Shown: positions 10,471-21,144, counted from the stretch's first letter. The stretch: DNA of 64,000 nucleotides from an uncultured Candidatus Binatia bacterium (GCA_965213675.1 OZ243916.1:3840001-3904000); one strand, 5' to 3'. Numbers and translations are program-made. The notes: generated by a model from the letters alone, not told the origin.

Positions 10471-10858
10471 CGTGGCATCATCCGGCGAGGCGACCTTGTT
10501 ATCCCTTCCGCCAAGTCCAGGGGATCGCCGCACCGCTACCGGGTGAACTCGCCGCGCCAAAGGCGCTGGGCGAACGGGGCAGCCGTGAGGATGTCGATGC
10601 CGTCATCCGTGCGGCGGGCGCGTGGTTCCAGTGAGACATCTTCGCTGGCTTCGCGATGGGCGACGAACGCCGACCGCCCGTGAAAGATACAGTTCGTGGA
10701 CGCCTTGCATCCAGGACGCGGTTCGTGTCCATGGATGCGCGCAACCTGCAATCATCACGCGCCAGTGGTATGCTGTCAGCGTCGCACTGGCGGGCGCGCG
10801 TACGTTGCGTACGTTGTTTCATCGCGCGGGCCGCTCCACGATACCGGGAACAGGAAGC

Positions 10859-12787
10859 ATGGGCAGCCAGGACGTACAACGCGAAGAGGACGCCGCCGAG
10901 TTGCGCGCGTTCATCGCGCACCTGTTGCGCGACGTGCAGGCGCTGGAGCGCATGCTTGACGGTGGCATGATCGAGTCGGGCGTGCATCGCATCGGTGTGG
11001 AGCAGGAGTTGTTCCTGGTGGACGGGGCGCGGCGTCCGGCCATGCTCGCGCTGGAGTTGCTGGAGCGGGTGGCGGACCCTCACTACACGACCGAGTTGGG
11101 GCTCTTCAACCTGGAGATCAACCTCGATCCGCTGTGGTTCGGCGGCGACTGCCTGAGCCTGCTGGAGGGACAGCTTCAGTCCGCGCTGCAGCGGTTGCGG
11201 GAAGCGGCCCACGAGCACGACGCCGAGGTGGTGTTGACAGGGATCCTGCCGACGCTGCGCAAGTCCGACCTGGCCATGGCGCACATGACGCCGCGTCCGC
11301 GTTACCGGGCGCTCAACGCGGTGCTCACCCAACGTCGCGGCGGCGACTACGAATTCCGCCTCAAGGGCGCGGACGAGTTGAGCATCCGGCACGACTCGGT
11401 GATGCTGGAGTCCGGCTGCACGAGCTTCCAGGTGCACTACCAGGTGGAGCCGGGGGAGTTCGCCCGGTGCTACAACCTGGCGCAACTCGTCACCGCGCCG
11501 TTGCTGGCGGCGGCGGCCAACTCGCCGCTGCTGTTTGGACGCCGGCTGTGGCGCGAGACGCGCATCCCGCTGTTCCAGCAATCCATCGACACGCGCCGGG
11601 CGGGCCATCACATGCGCGAGCGCGCGGCGCGCGTGAGCTTCGGCCAGAAGTGGGTGCGGGAGTCCATTCTGGAGCTGATCCAGGAAGACTTGGCGCGCTT
11701 CCGGGTGTTGCTGGGGGCGTCCCTGGAGGAAGACTCCCTGGAGGTGCTGGCGCGCGGCGGCCTGCCGACGCTGCCGGCCCTGCGCACCCATACCGGCACC
11801 GTGTACCGCTGGAACCGGGCCTGTTTCGGCACGGGCGAGGGGCGGGCGCACATCCGCATCGAGAACCGCGTGCTGCCCTCGGGTCCCACCATCCTGGATG
11901 AGGTGGCCAACACCGCTTTCTTCCTGGGAATGCTGCGGGGCGGCCAGGAGGCTTACGGCGACGTGTCCGAATCCATGCCCTTCCACGACGCGGAGGCCAA
12001 CTTCCTGGCGGCGGCGCAGCGCGGGTTGAGCGCGCAGTTCACCTGGGTGGACGGCGCCACCGCGCCGGCGGACGACCTCATCCGCCGGGAGTTGCTGCCG
12101 CTGGCGTGGCAGGGGCTCAGAGGCGCCGGCCTCGACGCCGCGGATGTGGACCGTTACCTGGGAGTGATCGAACAGCGGGTGGCGTCGCGCCGGAACGGCG
12201 CCTCCTGGCTGCTGCGCTCACTCGCGGACATGCAGGGCGCGGACACGCAGGACGCGCTTCTGAGCGCCCTCGTGGCGGCGACCATCAGCCGGCAATGGGA
12301 GGGGACGCCGGTGCACGAATGGCCATTGGCGAAGGTCGAGGAGGGCCGCGGCGGCAAGCCCCAGGCCCTGCGCATCGAGGAATTCATGACCACCGATCTG
12401 ATCACGGTCCACCCGGATGAACCCGTGGACCTCGTCATCCGCCTCATGGACTGGCGGCGCATCCGGCACGTGCCCGTGGAGGATGAGGACGGCAAGGTGG
12501 CGGGTTTGCTCTCCTGTTTCGAGGCCCTGCGCCAGTGGGGTCCGGCGGCGCCAGGGGAAGGCGGCGCGCCGGTGCCGGTGCGCGAGGTCATGCAGCCGGA
12601 TCCCGTGACCATCGCGCCGGAGGCCACGGTCTCCGATGCGGTGGCGCGCATGCGCGCGGCGCGGAGCGACTACCTGTTGGTGGTCAAGGAGGACCGGCTG
12701 GTGGGAATCGTCACCGAGAGCGACATCCTCCAGCTCACGGCGCGTCTCCTGGAACAGCTTGGTGGCGGCGGCGCGGCGGATGGTTGA
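10859..12787 (+). CDS. Glutamate-cysteine ligase family 2 (GCS2, carboxylate-amine ligase) fused to a C-terminal CBS pair
   Basis: IGVEQE, TELGLFNLEIN, SFQVH, ANSPLLFG and RIENRVLPSGPT ligase motifs; C-terminal FMTTDLITV...RIRHVPVED...LVGIVTESDI CBS repeats. Confidence 0.85.
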   Translation: MGSQDVQREEDAAELRAFIAHLLRDVQALERMLDGGMIESGVHRIGVEQELFLVDGARRPAMLALELLERVADPHYTTELGLFNLEINLDPLWFGGDCLSLLEGQLQSALQRLREAAHEHDAEVVLTGILPTLRKSDLAMAHMTPRPRYRALNAVLTQRRGGDYEFRLKGADELSIRHDSVMLESGCTSFQVHYQVEPGEFARCYNLAQLVTAPLLAAAANSPLLFGRRLWRETRIPLFQQSIDTRRAGHHMRERAARVSFGQKWVRESILELIQEDLARFRVLLGASLEEDSLEVLARGGLPTLPALRTHTGTVYRWNRACFGTGEGRAHIRIENRVLPSGPTILDEVANTAFFLGMLRGGQEAYGDVSESMPFHDAEANFLAAAQRGLSAQFTWVDGATAPADDLIRRELLPLAWQGLRGAGLDAADVDRYLGVIEQRVASRRNGASWLLRSLADMQGADTQDALLSALVAATISRQWEGTPVHEWPLAKVEEGRGGKPQALRIEEFMTTDLITVHPDEPVDLVIRLMDWRRIRHVPVEDEDGKVAGLLSCFEALRQWGPAAPGEGGAPVPVREVMQPDPVTIAPEATVSDAVARMRAARSDYLLVVKEDRLVGIVTESDILQLTARLLEQLGGGGAADG

Positions 12788-13970
12788 TTCATTGGCATCC
12801 GCGCGCGCGTTCCCGCGTATTTTGGGCAGCTACGGCGGCGACAGTCCCGGACCGCTGGTCATCGGCATCGGCGGCATGCACGGCAACGAGCCCGCAGGCG
12901 CGTTGGCATTGCAACGGGCGCTCGAAATCCTGCGGGCGCACGACGTGCCCTTCCGGGGCAAGCTCGTGGGCTTTGCCGGCAACCGCGCCGCCCTGGCCCA
13001 GGGCCGCCGCTACGTGAACGAGGACTTCAACCGCGTCTGGTCCCAGGAACGCGTGCGCCGGATACGCGCGGAAGTCTCCGCGACCGATACCACCGCCGAG
13101 CAACGCGAGCAGCGCGAACTGCTCGCATGCCTGGACGACGAGCTGGCGCAACGCCGCGGGCCGGTGGTGTGCCTCGACCTCCACACCACCTCGGCCGCGG
13201 GCACGCCCTTCGTGGTCATGGGGGATACCCTGTTGAACCGCCGTTTCGGCTTCCGGCTGCGCGCCCCGGTGGTGCTCGGGCTGGAGGAGCGCCTGGAGAG
13301 CACGATTCTCAACCACCTGGGGGAGCAAGGGTACGTCGCCGTGGGCTTCGAGGGCGGCCAGCACGAATCGCCCGCCGCGGTGACCACGCACCTGGCGACC
13401 ATCCGCACGATGCTCGCCACCGCGGGCTGCATCCGCGCGGAAGACTTTCCGCTCCCCGGCGGGGGCCTGGAGCCACGCGACGAGGCGACGGACGGGTTGC
13501 CGCCGGTGGTGGTGGAAATTCGCCAGCATCATGTGATCCGGGACGGCGACGACTTCGTCATGGAGCCCGGTTTCACGAACTTCCAGCCGGTGGAGCGCGG
13601 CCAACTCCTGGCGCGCGACCGCCGCGGTCCCATCCGTGCCAGCGAGTCCGGTCAGATCCTCATGCCGCTGTACCAGGGGCAGGGCAACGACGGGTTCTTC
13701 CTGATCCGGCGGGTGCGTCCGTTCTGGCTGCGGCTCGCCGAGTGGCTGCGCCGGATGCGCATCGACCGCCTGCTGCCGGCCTTGCCGGGAGTTCGTCGAT
13801 ACCAGGATGCGCCGGGAACCCTCGTGGTGGACCCGCGGGTCGCCCGGTGGTTCGTGGTGGAGCTGTTCCACCTGCTGGGCTTCCGCAAGCGGCAATCCCG
13901 CGAAGGCAAGCTGATCGTCAGCCGGCGCTGGCACGAGTCCCACGCGTTCGACGAACGGCCGGCTCCGTAG
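12780..13970 (+). CDS. Succinylglutamate desuccinylase/aspartoacylase (M14-like Zn deacylase)
   Basis: GGMHGNEPAG, DFNR, DLHTTS and FEGGQH motifs; 8-bp overlap with the ligase gene. Confidence 0.88.
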   Translation: MVDSLASARAFPRILGSYGGDSPGPLVIGIGGMHGNEPAGALALQRALEILRAHDVPFRGKLVGFAGNRAALAQGRRYVNEDFNRVWSQERVRRIRAEVSATDTTAEQREQRELLACLDDELAQRRGPVVCLDLHTTSAAGTPFVVMGDTLLNRRFGFRLRAPVVLGLEERLESTILNHLGEQGYVAVGFEGGQHESPAAVTTHLATIRTMLATAGCIRAEDFPLPGGGLEPRDEATDGLPPVVVEIRQHHVIRDGDDFVMEPGFTNFQPVERGQLLARDRRGPIRASESGQILMPLYQGQGNDGFFLIRRVRPFWLRLAEWLRRMRIDRLLPALPGVRRYQDAPGTLVVDPRVARWFVVELFHLLGFRKRQSREGKLIVSRRWHESHAFDERPAP

Positions 13971-14147
13971 GCCCGCCGCAAGGGGCTTCGTTCCCGCATG
14001 TAGAGGCGCGTGGAGGGCCGTTCGTGCGTTCGGCAGCCACGTCTGGCGGGTACGGAGCGGATTGCCCGACGACAAGAAATCCTGAAATCGGGGCTTGCAA
14101 CCCGTGATTATATGAAATAGGTAGGACATCCGGCGGAATTTCGCCGA

Positions 14148-16013
14148 ATGAAATCCACCGAAATGGACATCGTGCAATACGCAAGAACCGGGGCAGCAGT
14201 CATCGCGCTGGCCCTCGGGATGGGCCACGGACTCATCGTCGCGGATGCGTCCGCACAGGCCGGTGCGCCGGTCAAGACTGCCTCGTTGCGTCTGCCCGAC
14301 GCCGAAGAGCCCCGGGTCACGCGCCTGCCGAAGCTCCTGTCCCGGCGTGACGTCACCCTCTACCGTCGAGTGTTCGAGTTGCAGGAAGCCGGGCGCTGGC
14401 GAGAAGCGGATGTCCTCATCAAGGGTATCCGGAACCGAATGCTCATGGGCCATGTGCGCTTTCAGCGCCTGATGCACCCGACGCGCTACCGCTCGTCCTA
14501 CGGCGAGTTGTGGACGTGGATGGAGGCGTACGCGGATCACCCGGGCGCCCGGCGCATCTACCGGCTGGCCAAGCGCCGTCAGCCCGAAGGCTGGAAGTCG
14601 CCCCGGTCACCGGCCCGGGCGATGCTGGCGCCTGAACTCGAGTCCGATCCGGAACCGCTCACGGTGCGGGCCGGCGGCGAGCCCCGCCGCCGGGATGCCG
14701 GAAGAGGCGCGCCCGCCCTTTCACGCGAGGCGCGGGAGGTCCGGCGAACGGTCCAGCGGTGGGTGTCCAAGGGAAGGGTCACCGACGCCCTCCGTTTTCT
14801 GGAGAGCCGGGGTCGTGAAGGCCTGTTGGACGCCGTGACCTTCGACGACACTCTGGTGTGGATCGCGCGGGGTTATTTCGTCTTCGGCAAGGACCGCGAG
14901 GCCCTGGCCTTGGCGCAACGGGCGCTGGCGCGGTCCAACCGCCGCGTCCCCTTGGCGTGCTGGTGGGCGGGGATGGCTGCCTGGCGCCTGGGGAAACCCC
15001 TGGCCGCGGGCGACTATTTCCGCCAACTGGCGGAGTCGCGGTCGGTGACGCCGTGGCTGGCGTCCGCCGGCGGTTACTGGGCCAGCCGCTCGTATCAGGC
15101 GGCCGGCAAGCCGGATCGCGTGGTTCCCATGCTGCGCGCGGCGGCACGGTACCCGCGTACCTTCTACGGGCTCCTGGCCCTGACCGCGCTGCGCCGGGAA
15201 CCCTCCCTGGACTTCGGCATGCGCCGCCTCAACGCCGCGGACCTGGAAGCCTTGCTGAGCATGGAGCCGGTGCGCCGCGCCCTGGCCTTGATTCAGGTGG
15301 GGGAGCATGTGCGCGCGGGCGACGAGCTGCGGCGCTACGCGCACCGCCTGTCTCCACGGATGGCCCGGGTGATGCTGGCCCTCGCGTCCGAATCGGGCTT
15401 GGCGGATCTGTCGTACCGCACGGCCGAGAGTCTGCTGACGCGTACCGGTGTGCCCGTGGACGCGGCGCTTTTTCCCTTGCCGGTGTGGGAGCCGGACGGC
15501 GGCTACACCGTGGACCGCGCGGTGGTGCTCGCCGTCATGCGCCAGGAATCGAAGTTCCGGGCGCGCATCCGCAGCCCACGCGGGGCGCGCGGGCTGATGC
15601 AACTCATGCCGCGCACCGCCAGCGTCATGGCCGGAGATCGGTATCGCGGCGCGCGCCGTCACGAGTTGATGGATCCGGTGCTCAACGTCACCCTGGGCCA
15701 GAAGTATCTCCGTTACCTGCTTTCCCAAGAGGAGATTCGCGGCAACCTCTTCTTCGCGCTGGCCGCCTACAACAGCGGTCCGACGAAGTTGCGGCAATGG
15801 AAGCGCCGGGTGGACTACCGGGACGATCCGTTGCTGTTCATCGAAAGCATACCCAGTTGGGAGACGCGCATCTTCATCGAGCGCGTGCTCAGCAACATGT
15901 GGATCTACCGGATGCGCTTCGGCCAACCGACGCACTCGTTGAAAAGCGTGGTGTCCGGAGGCTGGCCCCGCTATGTCCCCATGGACCCCGTCCACCCTCC
16001 CGCCCGTTCCTGA
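14148..16013 (+). CDS. Soluble lytic transglycosylase (Slt70-like)
   Basis: Signal peptide, helical repeat region, then MRQESKF, GARGLMQLMPRTA, AAYNSG and ETRIFIERV SLT motifs. Confidence 0.9.
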   Translation: MKSTEMDIVQYARTGAAVIALALGMGHGLIVADASAQAGAPVKTASLRLPDAEEPRVTRLPKLLSRRDVTLYRRVFELQEAGRWREADVLIKGIRNRMLMGHVRFQRLMHPTRYRSSYGELWTWMEAYADHPGARRIYRLAKRRQPEGWKSPRSPARAMLAPELESDPEPLTVRAGGEPRRRDAGRGAPALSREAREVRRTVQRWVSKGRVTDALRFLESRGREGLLDAVTFDDTLVWIARGYFVFGKDREALALAQRALARSNRRVPLACWWAGMAAWRLGKPLAAGDYFRQLAESRSVTPWLASAGGYWASRSYQAAGKPDRVVPMLRAAARYPRTFYGLLALTALRREPSLDFGMRRLNAADLEALLSMEPVRRALALIQVGEHVRAGDELRRYAHRLSPRMARVMLALASESGLADLSYRTAESLLTRTGVPVDAALFPLPVWEPDGGYTVDRAVVLAVMRQESKFRARIRSPRGARGLMQLMPRTASVMAGDRYRGARRHELMDPVLNVTLGQKYLRYLLSQEEIRGNLFFALAAYNSGPTKLRQWKRRVDYRDDPLLFIESIPSWETRIFIERVLSNMWIYRMRFGQPTHSLKSVVSGGWPRYVPMDPVHPPARS

Positions 16014-16206
16014 CGCCCTGATGCGCGACGGGGGTCTTCCCTGCCGTCGAGTCCCGGAATGACGGGACCCGTCCAGGAAACTCAAACGTTTCCAAGCCAC
16101 TGAATCGAGAGAACTCGTGCGGACGCTTGCGGCCGGCCGTTGGGTGCGATAGGGGTGTGCCAACGTGGGCCGAGTCGAGTGGGTCCCAGTCAGACAGGAG
16201 GACGTC

Positions 16207-17250
16207 ATGATGAAAGCGCATTCGCGTCTCCGTGAGATCACGTTACTGGTTGCCGTTGCCTTGATGGGCACCGGCTCGATGGCCGGAGCGGCGGACTTCT
16301 ACGCCGGCAAGACCATCACCATCGTCTGTCCCTATTCCACGGGCGGCACCTATGACCGCATGTCGCGTCTGGTGGCCCGGTTCCTCCCCGGGCATATCCC
16401 CGGCAACCCGGCGGCCATCGTGCACAACCGCCCGGGCGCCGGCGGCCTGATCGGGCTGCGCTCGGTCTACAAGGCCGAGCCCGACGGCCTGTCGCTGATC
16501 CACTTCACCAGCCCCATGGTGGTGCGAAGCCTGACCGGGGGCATCAAGGACATCGATTTCAAGAAACTGACATGGCTCGGCAGTGTGGGCGGCGCGCACT
16601 ACATCTTCGCGATGCGGTCGGAACGGCCCGAGCGCAGCATCAAGGATTTCCAGACGGCCGGGACGCCCATTCGCGTCGGCGCGTCGGGGCCGAGTTCGCT
16701 GCTGACCCAGGCGCCCAAGTTCTTGCAGCGGGCGGGCAAGTTCAACCTCCGGCTGGTGGCGGGCTACAAGGGGTACAACCCCATGGCCCTCGCCATGAAG
16801 CAGAACGAGGTGGACGCGGTGTCCACGGCGGGCTCGGCGGTGATGGTCAATTCGGCCACCCGCGAGATGCACAAGGACGGCACCATCAAGCTGGTGCTCT
16901 CCCTGGGCGGGGCGCCGCCGCCGGAACCCCTGAAGGCGGAGGTCGCGGCGCTTCCGAAGTTCGTGGACGCCATCGACGATCCCAAGGACCGCGACGCCTG
17001 GCTGGCGTTCTCCGGCCTCCTGAGCGCAAGCCGTCCGTTCGCGGCGACCCCGGGACTGCCGCCCGAGCGCGCCGCCATCCTGAAGAAGGGCATGGCGGAC
17101 ATGATGGCGGATCCGGAGTTCCGCAAGACCGCCACCGAACAGGGCTTCGTGCTCAATACGTTGACGGCCGGGGAAGCGCAGAATCTGATCCTCTCGGTGT
17201 TCAACCTGTCCGCCGACATCCAGGAACGGTTGAAGGCGTTGCTGAAATAG
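16207..17250 (+). CDS. tctC: TctC/Bug-family substrate-binding protein
   Basis: AGGAGG RBS; signal peptide; FYAGKTITIVCPYSTGGTYD, NRPGAGG and GYKG motifs. Confidence 0.88.
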   Translation: MMKAHSRLREITLLVAVALMGTGSMAGAADFYAGKTITIVCPYSTGGTYDRMSRLVARFLPGHIPGNPAAIVHNRPGAGGLIGLRSVYKAEPDGLSLIHFTSPMVVRSLTGGIKDIDFKKLTWLGSVGGAHYIFAMRSERPERSIKDFQTAGTPIRVGASGPSSLLTQAPKFLQRAGKFNLRLVAGYKGYNPMALAMKQNEVDAVSTAGSAVMVNSATREMHKDGTIKLVLSLGGAPPPEPLKAEVAALPKFVDAIDDPKDRDAWLAFSGLLSASRPFAATPGLPPERAAILKKGMADMMADPEFRKTATEQGFVLNTLTAGEAQNLILSVFNLSADIQERLKALLK

Positions 17251-17279
17251 TCCGACCCGACATCGCTCCGTAGCGCATC

Positions 17280-18758
17280 ATGGCGCTCGATGCCTTTCTG
17301 GAAGCCCTCGGCATCACCTTCACGCTCCCCGTGCTTGGCGGGGTTCTGCTGGGGCTTGTGCTGGGGCTTGTCTTCGGCGCGGTGCCGGGCCTGAACGCGG
17401 TGCTCGGCATCGTGCTGCTGCTCCCTTTCGTGTGGACGCTGTCGCCCTTCGTGGCGTTCGCCATCATGCTGTCCCTGGTCTCGTCGGTGCACACCTCCAA
17501 CACGTTCCCGGCATTCTTCTTCAACGTCCCCGGCAGCCCGAGCGCCGCCGCCACCATCCTGGACGGTTACCCCATGGCGCGGAACGGCGACGCCGCCCGG
17601 GGCCTCACCGCGGCCTTCACGGTATCGGCCGTGGGCGGCATCATCGGCGCGCTGGTGCTGTGGGTGGCCCTGCCCGCGCTGCAGCCGGTGGTGCTCGCCT
17701 TCGCCGCGCCGGAACGCTTCATGCTGGTGGTGCTGGGCATCCTGATGATCAGCTTCCTGAGCGGCGCCAAGCCGGTGAAGGGATTGCTGGCGGGCGCCCT
17801 GGGGCTCTGGCTCGGCACCGTGGGGCAGGATCCGCAACTGGGGGTGGCGCGTTTCACCTTCGGCTCGGACTACCTGCTGGACGGGCTGCACACCGTCCCC
17901 ATCATCATGGGCCTGTTCGCCTTGCCCGAAGTGGTATCCCTGGCCATGCGCGGGAGCATCGCGGAGCGCACCCACGTGGACATGGGGGAGGGGTTCCGGC
18001 CGGGGATCCGCGCATGCATCGCCAATCGCTGGCTGGTGGTCCGGAGCGCCATCGTGGGCGTGGTGGGCGGCGCGATTCCGGGCATCGGCGGTACCGCCGC
18101 GGCGTTCTACGCCTACGGCATGGCGGTACAGGGCGCTGGCGCGGCGGAGCGCGAGCGTTTCGGCAAGGGCGAGATCAAGGGAGTCATCGCGCCGGAGAGC
18201 GCCAACAACGCCTCCGCCGGCGGGGAGTTGGTGCCGCTGCTGGCCTTCGGCGTGCCCGGGGGAGCGACCTCGGCCATCCTCCTGGCGGCGTTCCTGATCC
18301 TGGGCATCAACCCCGGCCCCGAGATGCTGGGCGAGAAGTTGTCCTTGAGCTTCTCCATGGTCCTCGTGCTGATGCTGTCGAACTTGCTGGCCACGGGCGT
18401 GTGCATCGCCATCACCCGTCCGGCGGCGCGCATCGCCTTTCTCAGGAGCAACCTGCTGATCCCGGGGCTGTTGCTGTTCGTCCTGTTCGGCTCGTACGTG
18501 GCCTATCCGCACCCCTTGACCCTGGTGCTGACCCTGGTGTTCGGCGTCCTGGGCTACTTCATGATGCGGCTCGATTGGGCGCGGGCGCCGCTGCTGGTGG
18601 GTTTCATCCTGGGACCCCTGGCGGAGAACAACCTGGCCATCTCGTTGTCCAGCTACGGCATGGCGTTTCTCGCCCGGCCCATCCCGCTGGCATGCATGGC
18701 GGTCATGGTGCTGGTGGCCTTCGTGGCGGTGCGCCGGGGGGCAGGGCGCCAACCATGA
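17280..18758 (+). CDS. tctA: TctA-family large membrane subunit
   Basis: NVPGSPSAAATILDGYPMA and GVIAPESANNA motifs. Confidence 0.92.
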   Translation: MALDAFLEALGITFTLPVLGGVLLGLVLGLVFGAVPGLNAVLGIVLLLPFVWTLSPFVAFAIMLSLVSSVHTSNTFPAFFFNVPGSPSAAATILDGYPMARNGDAARGLTAAFTVSAVGGIIGALVLWVALPALQPVVLAFAAPERFMLVVLGILMISFLSGAKPVKGLLAGALGLWLGTVGQDPQLGVARFTFGSDYLLDGLHTVPIIMGLFALPEVVSLAMRGSIAERTHVDMGEGFRPGIRACIANRWLVVRSAIVGVVGGAIPGIGGTAAAFYAYGMAVQGAGAAERERFGKGEIKGVIAPESANNASAGGELVPLLAFGVPGGATSAILLAAFLILGINPGPEMLGEKLSLSFSMVLVLMLSNLLATGVCIAITRPAARIAFLRSNLLIPGLLLFVLFGSYVAYPHPLTLVLTLVFGVLGYFMMRLDWARAPLLVGFILGPLAENNLAISLSSYGMAFLARPIPLACMAVMVLVAFVAVRRGAGRQP

Positions 18759-19198
18759 CGGGTGCGCGCGAGATTGCCCTGGGCGGCGCGTTCGCGGCGC
18801 TGTTCGCTTGCGTGGTCGTGATCGCGACGGAGTGGGAACCCGAAACCGCCACGTTCCCGCTGCTCATCGGTGCGGTGGGGTTGGGGCTGGCGGTGTGGGC
18901 GGTGGCCGGCGACGTGATGCGCCGGCGGCGCGGGGCCGCCGAGGTTGCCGCGGCCACCGGCGCCGACATGGCGCGGGCGCGAGCGGCATTCGCGTGGATC
19001 GCGGTGTTCTTCGCGCTGGTGCTGCTGATGGGCTTCCGCGGGGGCCTGCCGCTGGCGGTGCTGGCCTACTATCGCCTGGAAGCGCGAGTGGGCTGGGTGG
19101 CGGCCGCCGCCGCCGCGCTCGCATGCGCGGCGTTCCTCCATGCCGCCGTGGCGTACCTTCACCTCCCGCTTTACCGGGGCTTCGCGTTCCAGCCGTAA
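18755..19198 (+). CDS. tctB: TctB-family small membrane subunit
   Basis: ATGA overlap with tctA; 4-5 TM segments; FPLLIG and LHLPLYRG. Confidence 0.8.
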   Translation: MTGAREIALGGAFAALFACVVVIATEWEPETATFPLLIGAVGLGLAVWAVAGDVMRRRRGAAEVAAATGADMARARAAFAWIAVFFALVLLMGFRGGLPLAVLAYYRLEARVGWVAAAAAALACAAFLHAAVAYLHLPLYRGFAFQP

Positions 19199-19391
19199 TC
19201 GGGCGCGGCTTCCTGCTCGTGATGGGCTACGTCCTCAAACTCCGTGTCATGGCGTCATGATTCGCCGCCTCACCTCACGTTCGCACCGTGTGAAGAACCC
19301 CGGCGGGGGCGACCGCCGGTGGCCCGCGCCAGGACGGGTTCCCGGTTGACCATGGCGCAGCCGGAATGACGGGCTCGTCACAGCCGTTCCG

Positions 19392-20474
19392 CTACGGGTG
19401 CACGTCCTGGGTGAACCACTCCGTGGGCAGGTCGCGCCCCGCGCCCTTGGCGAGCGCCTCGCGGTAGACCCGCTGGGCCACGGCGGCGAACTGGAGTCCT
19501 TGGCCGACGTTGTTGACGAAGGCCGTGGTTTCTTCCGGCGTCCGCCGTCCGGGGACCGCGCCGATGATGGCTTGGGGCAACTCCTCGATGCGCTCCCACA
19601 GCGGCTTGTCCCGTTCCGACCACCAGCCCCCAGTGCCCTCCGGCGTGTCCACGGCCGGCGTTCGGTACACCTGCGGGCGGATGTTGGCGGGATTCTTGGA
19701 GAACAGGAAGACACGGTCCATGGCGTCGAGGAAATCGTAGTCCATTTCCTGCACCTTGACCGCGCTGTAGTGCACGCCGGGCCGCAGCCATTTGCGCTGG
19801 TGCACCGGCTCCATGGAGTTGGTGCCGGCCACCACCAGATCGGCCCCCTCCACCGCCTCGTCGGCGGAATCCACGGGCGTGAGGCGCGCTCCGACCCGCG
19901 CCGCCAGCTCCCGGCAGAAGCGTTCACGGTTTGCCGGGCGGGTGCTGTACACCTTGACATCGGTGATGGGCCGGACCGCGCAGTGCGCCATCAACTGTCC
20001 GCCCGCCTGCCAACCGGTCCCCAGGAGCGCCATGACCGAGGCGTCCTCCCGCGCCAGATAACGCGCGCCCAAGCCGTTGGCCGCGCCCACGCGCATGCGC
20101 GAGATGTAGCCGTCCGGGCAGATCATCACCGGCGCGCCGGTCTCCATGCTTAACAGCAGCATCAGTCCGTTCCAGCGCCCGTCCGCGGAAGGCAGCCGGT
20201 CGCGCCGGACGTTGCCCGCCACCTCGGGCCATATCAGCACGTCGCTGTTGATGCGCAGTGCCGCCATGCCCTCCTCGGGCCAAAGCCCGCTCATGGCCTT
20301 CAGGCTGTAAACACCCTTGGTCTCGCCCACGACGGTGGGCGCGAGGGTGTCCACCCGCGGGCTGTTGATCGCTTCCCGCGCCTCCAGCGACCGCTGGGAG
20401 CGCTCGACGCAGTCCAGCGCCATCTCCATGGTCAGAATCTGATCGATCTCTTCGTTGCTGAGTAACAGTGTCAT
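19392..20474 (-). CDS. Ornithine cyclodeaminase/mu-crystallin family imine reductase
   Basis: GGAGG RBS; SRMRVGA, LLGTGWQA and GQGLQFAAVA motifs. Confidence 0.9.
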   Translation of the reverse strand: MTLLLSNEEIDQILTMEMALDCVERSQRSLEAREAINSPRVDTLAPTVVGETKGVYSLKAMSGLWPEEGMAALRINSDVLIWPEVAGNVRRDRLPSADGRWNGLMLLLSMETGAPVMICPDGYISRMRVGAANGLGARYLAREDASVMALLGTGWQAGGQLMAHCAVRPITDVKVYSTRPANRERFCRELAARVGARLTPVDSADEAVEGADLVVAGTNSMEPVHQRKWLRPGVHYSAVKVQEMDYDFLDAMDRVFLFSKNPANIRPQVYRTPAVDTPEGTGGWWSERDKPLWERIEELPQAIIGAVPGRRTPEETTAFVNNVGQGLQFAAVAQRVYREALAKGAGRDLPTEWFTQDVHP

Positions 20475-20639
20475 GCGTGAACCTCCGAATGCGAAAAGGG
20501 TCCGGCGGAGCGCTGCCACAGCGCCCGATGGTTGATGTGCAAGTTAGCCCATGGAGCACGGGGACAAAAGCCCCGGCCAGGATGCCACCGGACGTCGCCG
20601 TGCGCCAAGGTGATTGAGCCTGGCGGAGACCGCCTTTGG

Positions 20640-20668
20640 TTGACGTGCCAGGCAATTTCGGCCATATT
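20640..20668 (+). promoter_or_regulatory. Sigma70 promoter of tRNA-Phe
   Basis: TTGACG-N17-CATATT ending 12 bp before the tRNA. Confidence 0.65.
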
Positions 20669-20680
20669 TTCCTCACTTTT

Positions 20681-20753
<73 letters not shown>

Positions 20754-20819
20754 CCTTCCCCTTCCTTCACCCCCGCTCCCGTCTTGACCGTTGGTCCAGT
20801 TGCCGTTGCGACGGGCCCG

Positions 20820-20978
20820 GAACTTGCGCCGCAGAAATTCACGGCTGCAACTCCGCTTTCATCCGTCCCTTCGGCCGCACGATTTCGTCAAAACTGACCT
20901 GATATTCTCCTCAATCGACCGGCCGAAGGGACGGCGATAGCGAATTTTCGCTTTCGCGAATTCCTGCGGCACAAGCTC
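20820..20978 (-). mobile_element. 159-bp MITE-like palindromic element, family A, copy 1
   Basis: Ends GAACTTGCGCCGCAGAAATTC / GAATTCCTGCGGCACAAGCTC; near-identical to 54595-54753 and to the reverse complement of 49106-49264. Confidence 0.88.
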
Positions 20979-21144
20979 CCAGAGGCGCACCCTGATTCAG
21001 GCGCCTTGTTGGAGATGTCGAAACTGGCCGTTCTCCGCCCCTCGCTACGATTCGATCAACCCGGCAGCCTCCTGACCCTGCCCCGGCTCATGTTCAGTTG
21101 ACACCCAAGCCCGGGTGGAACAAGTTGCAGGGCAGGGTACCGCC

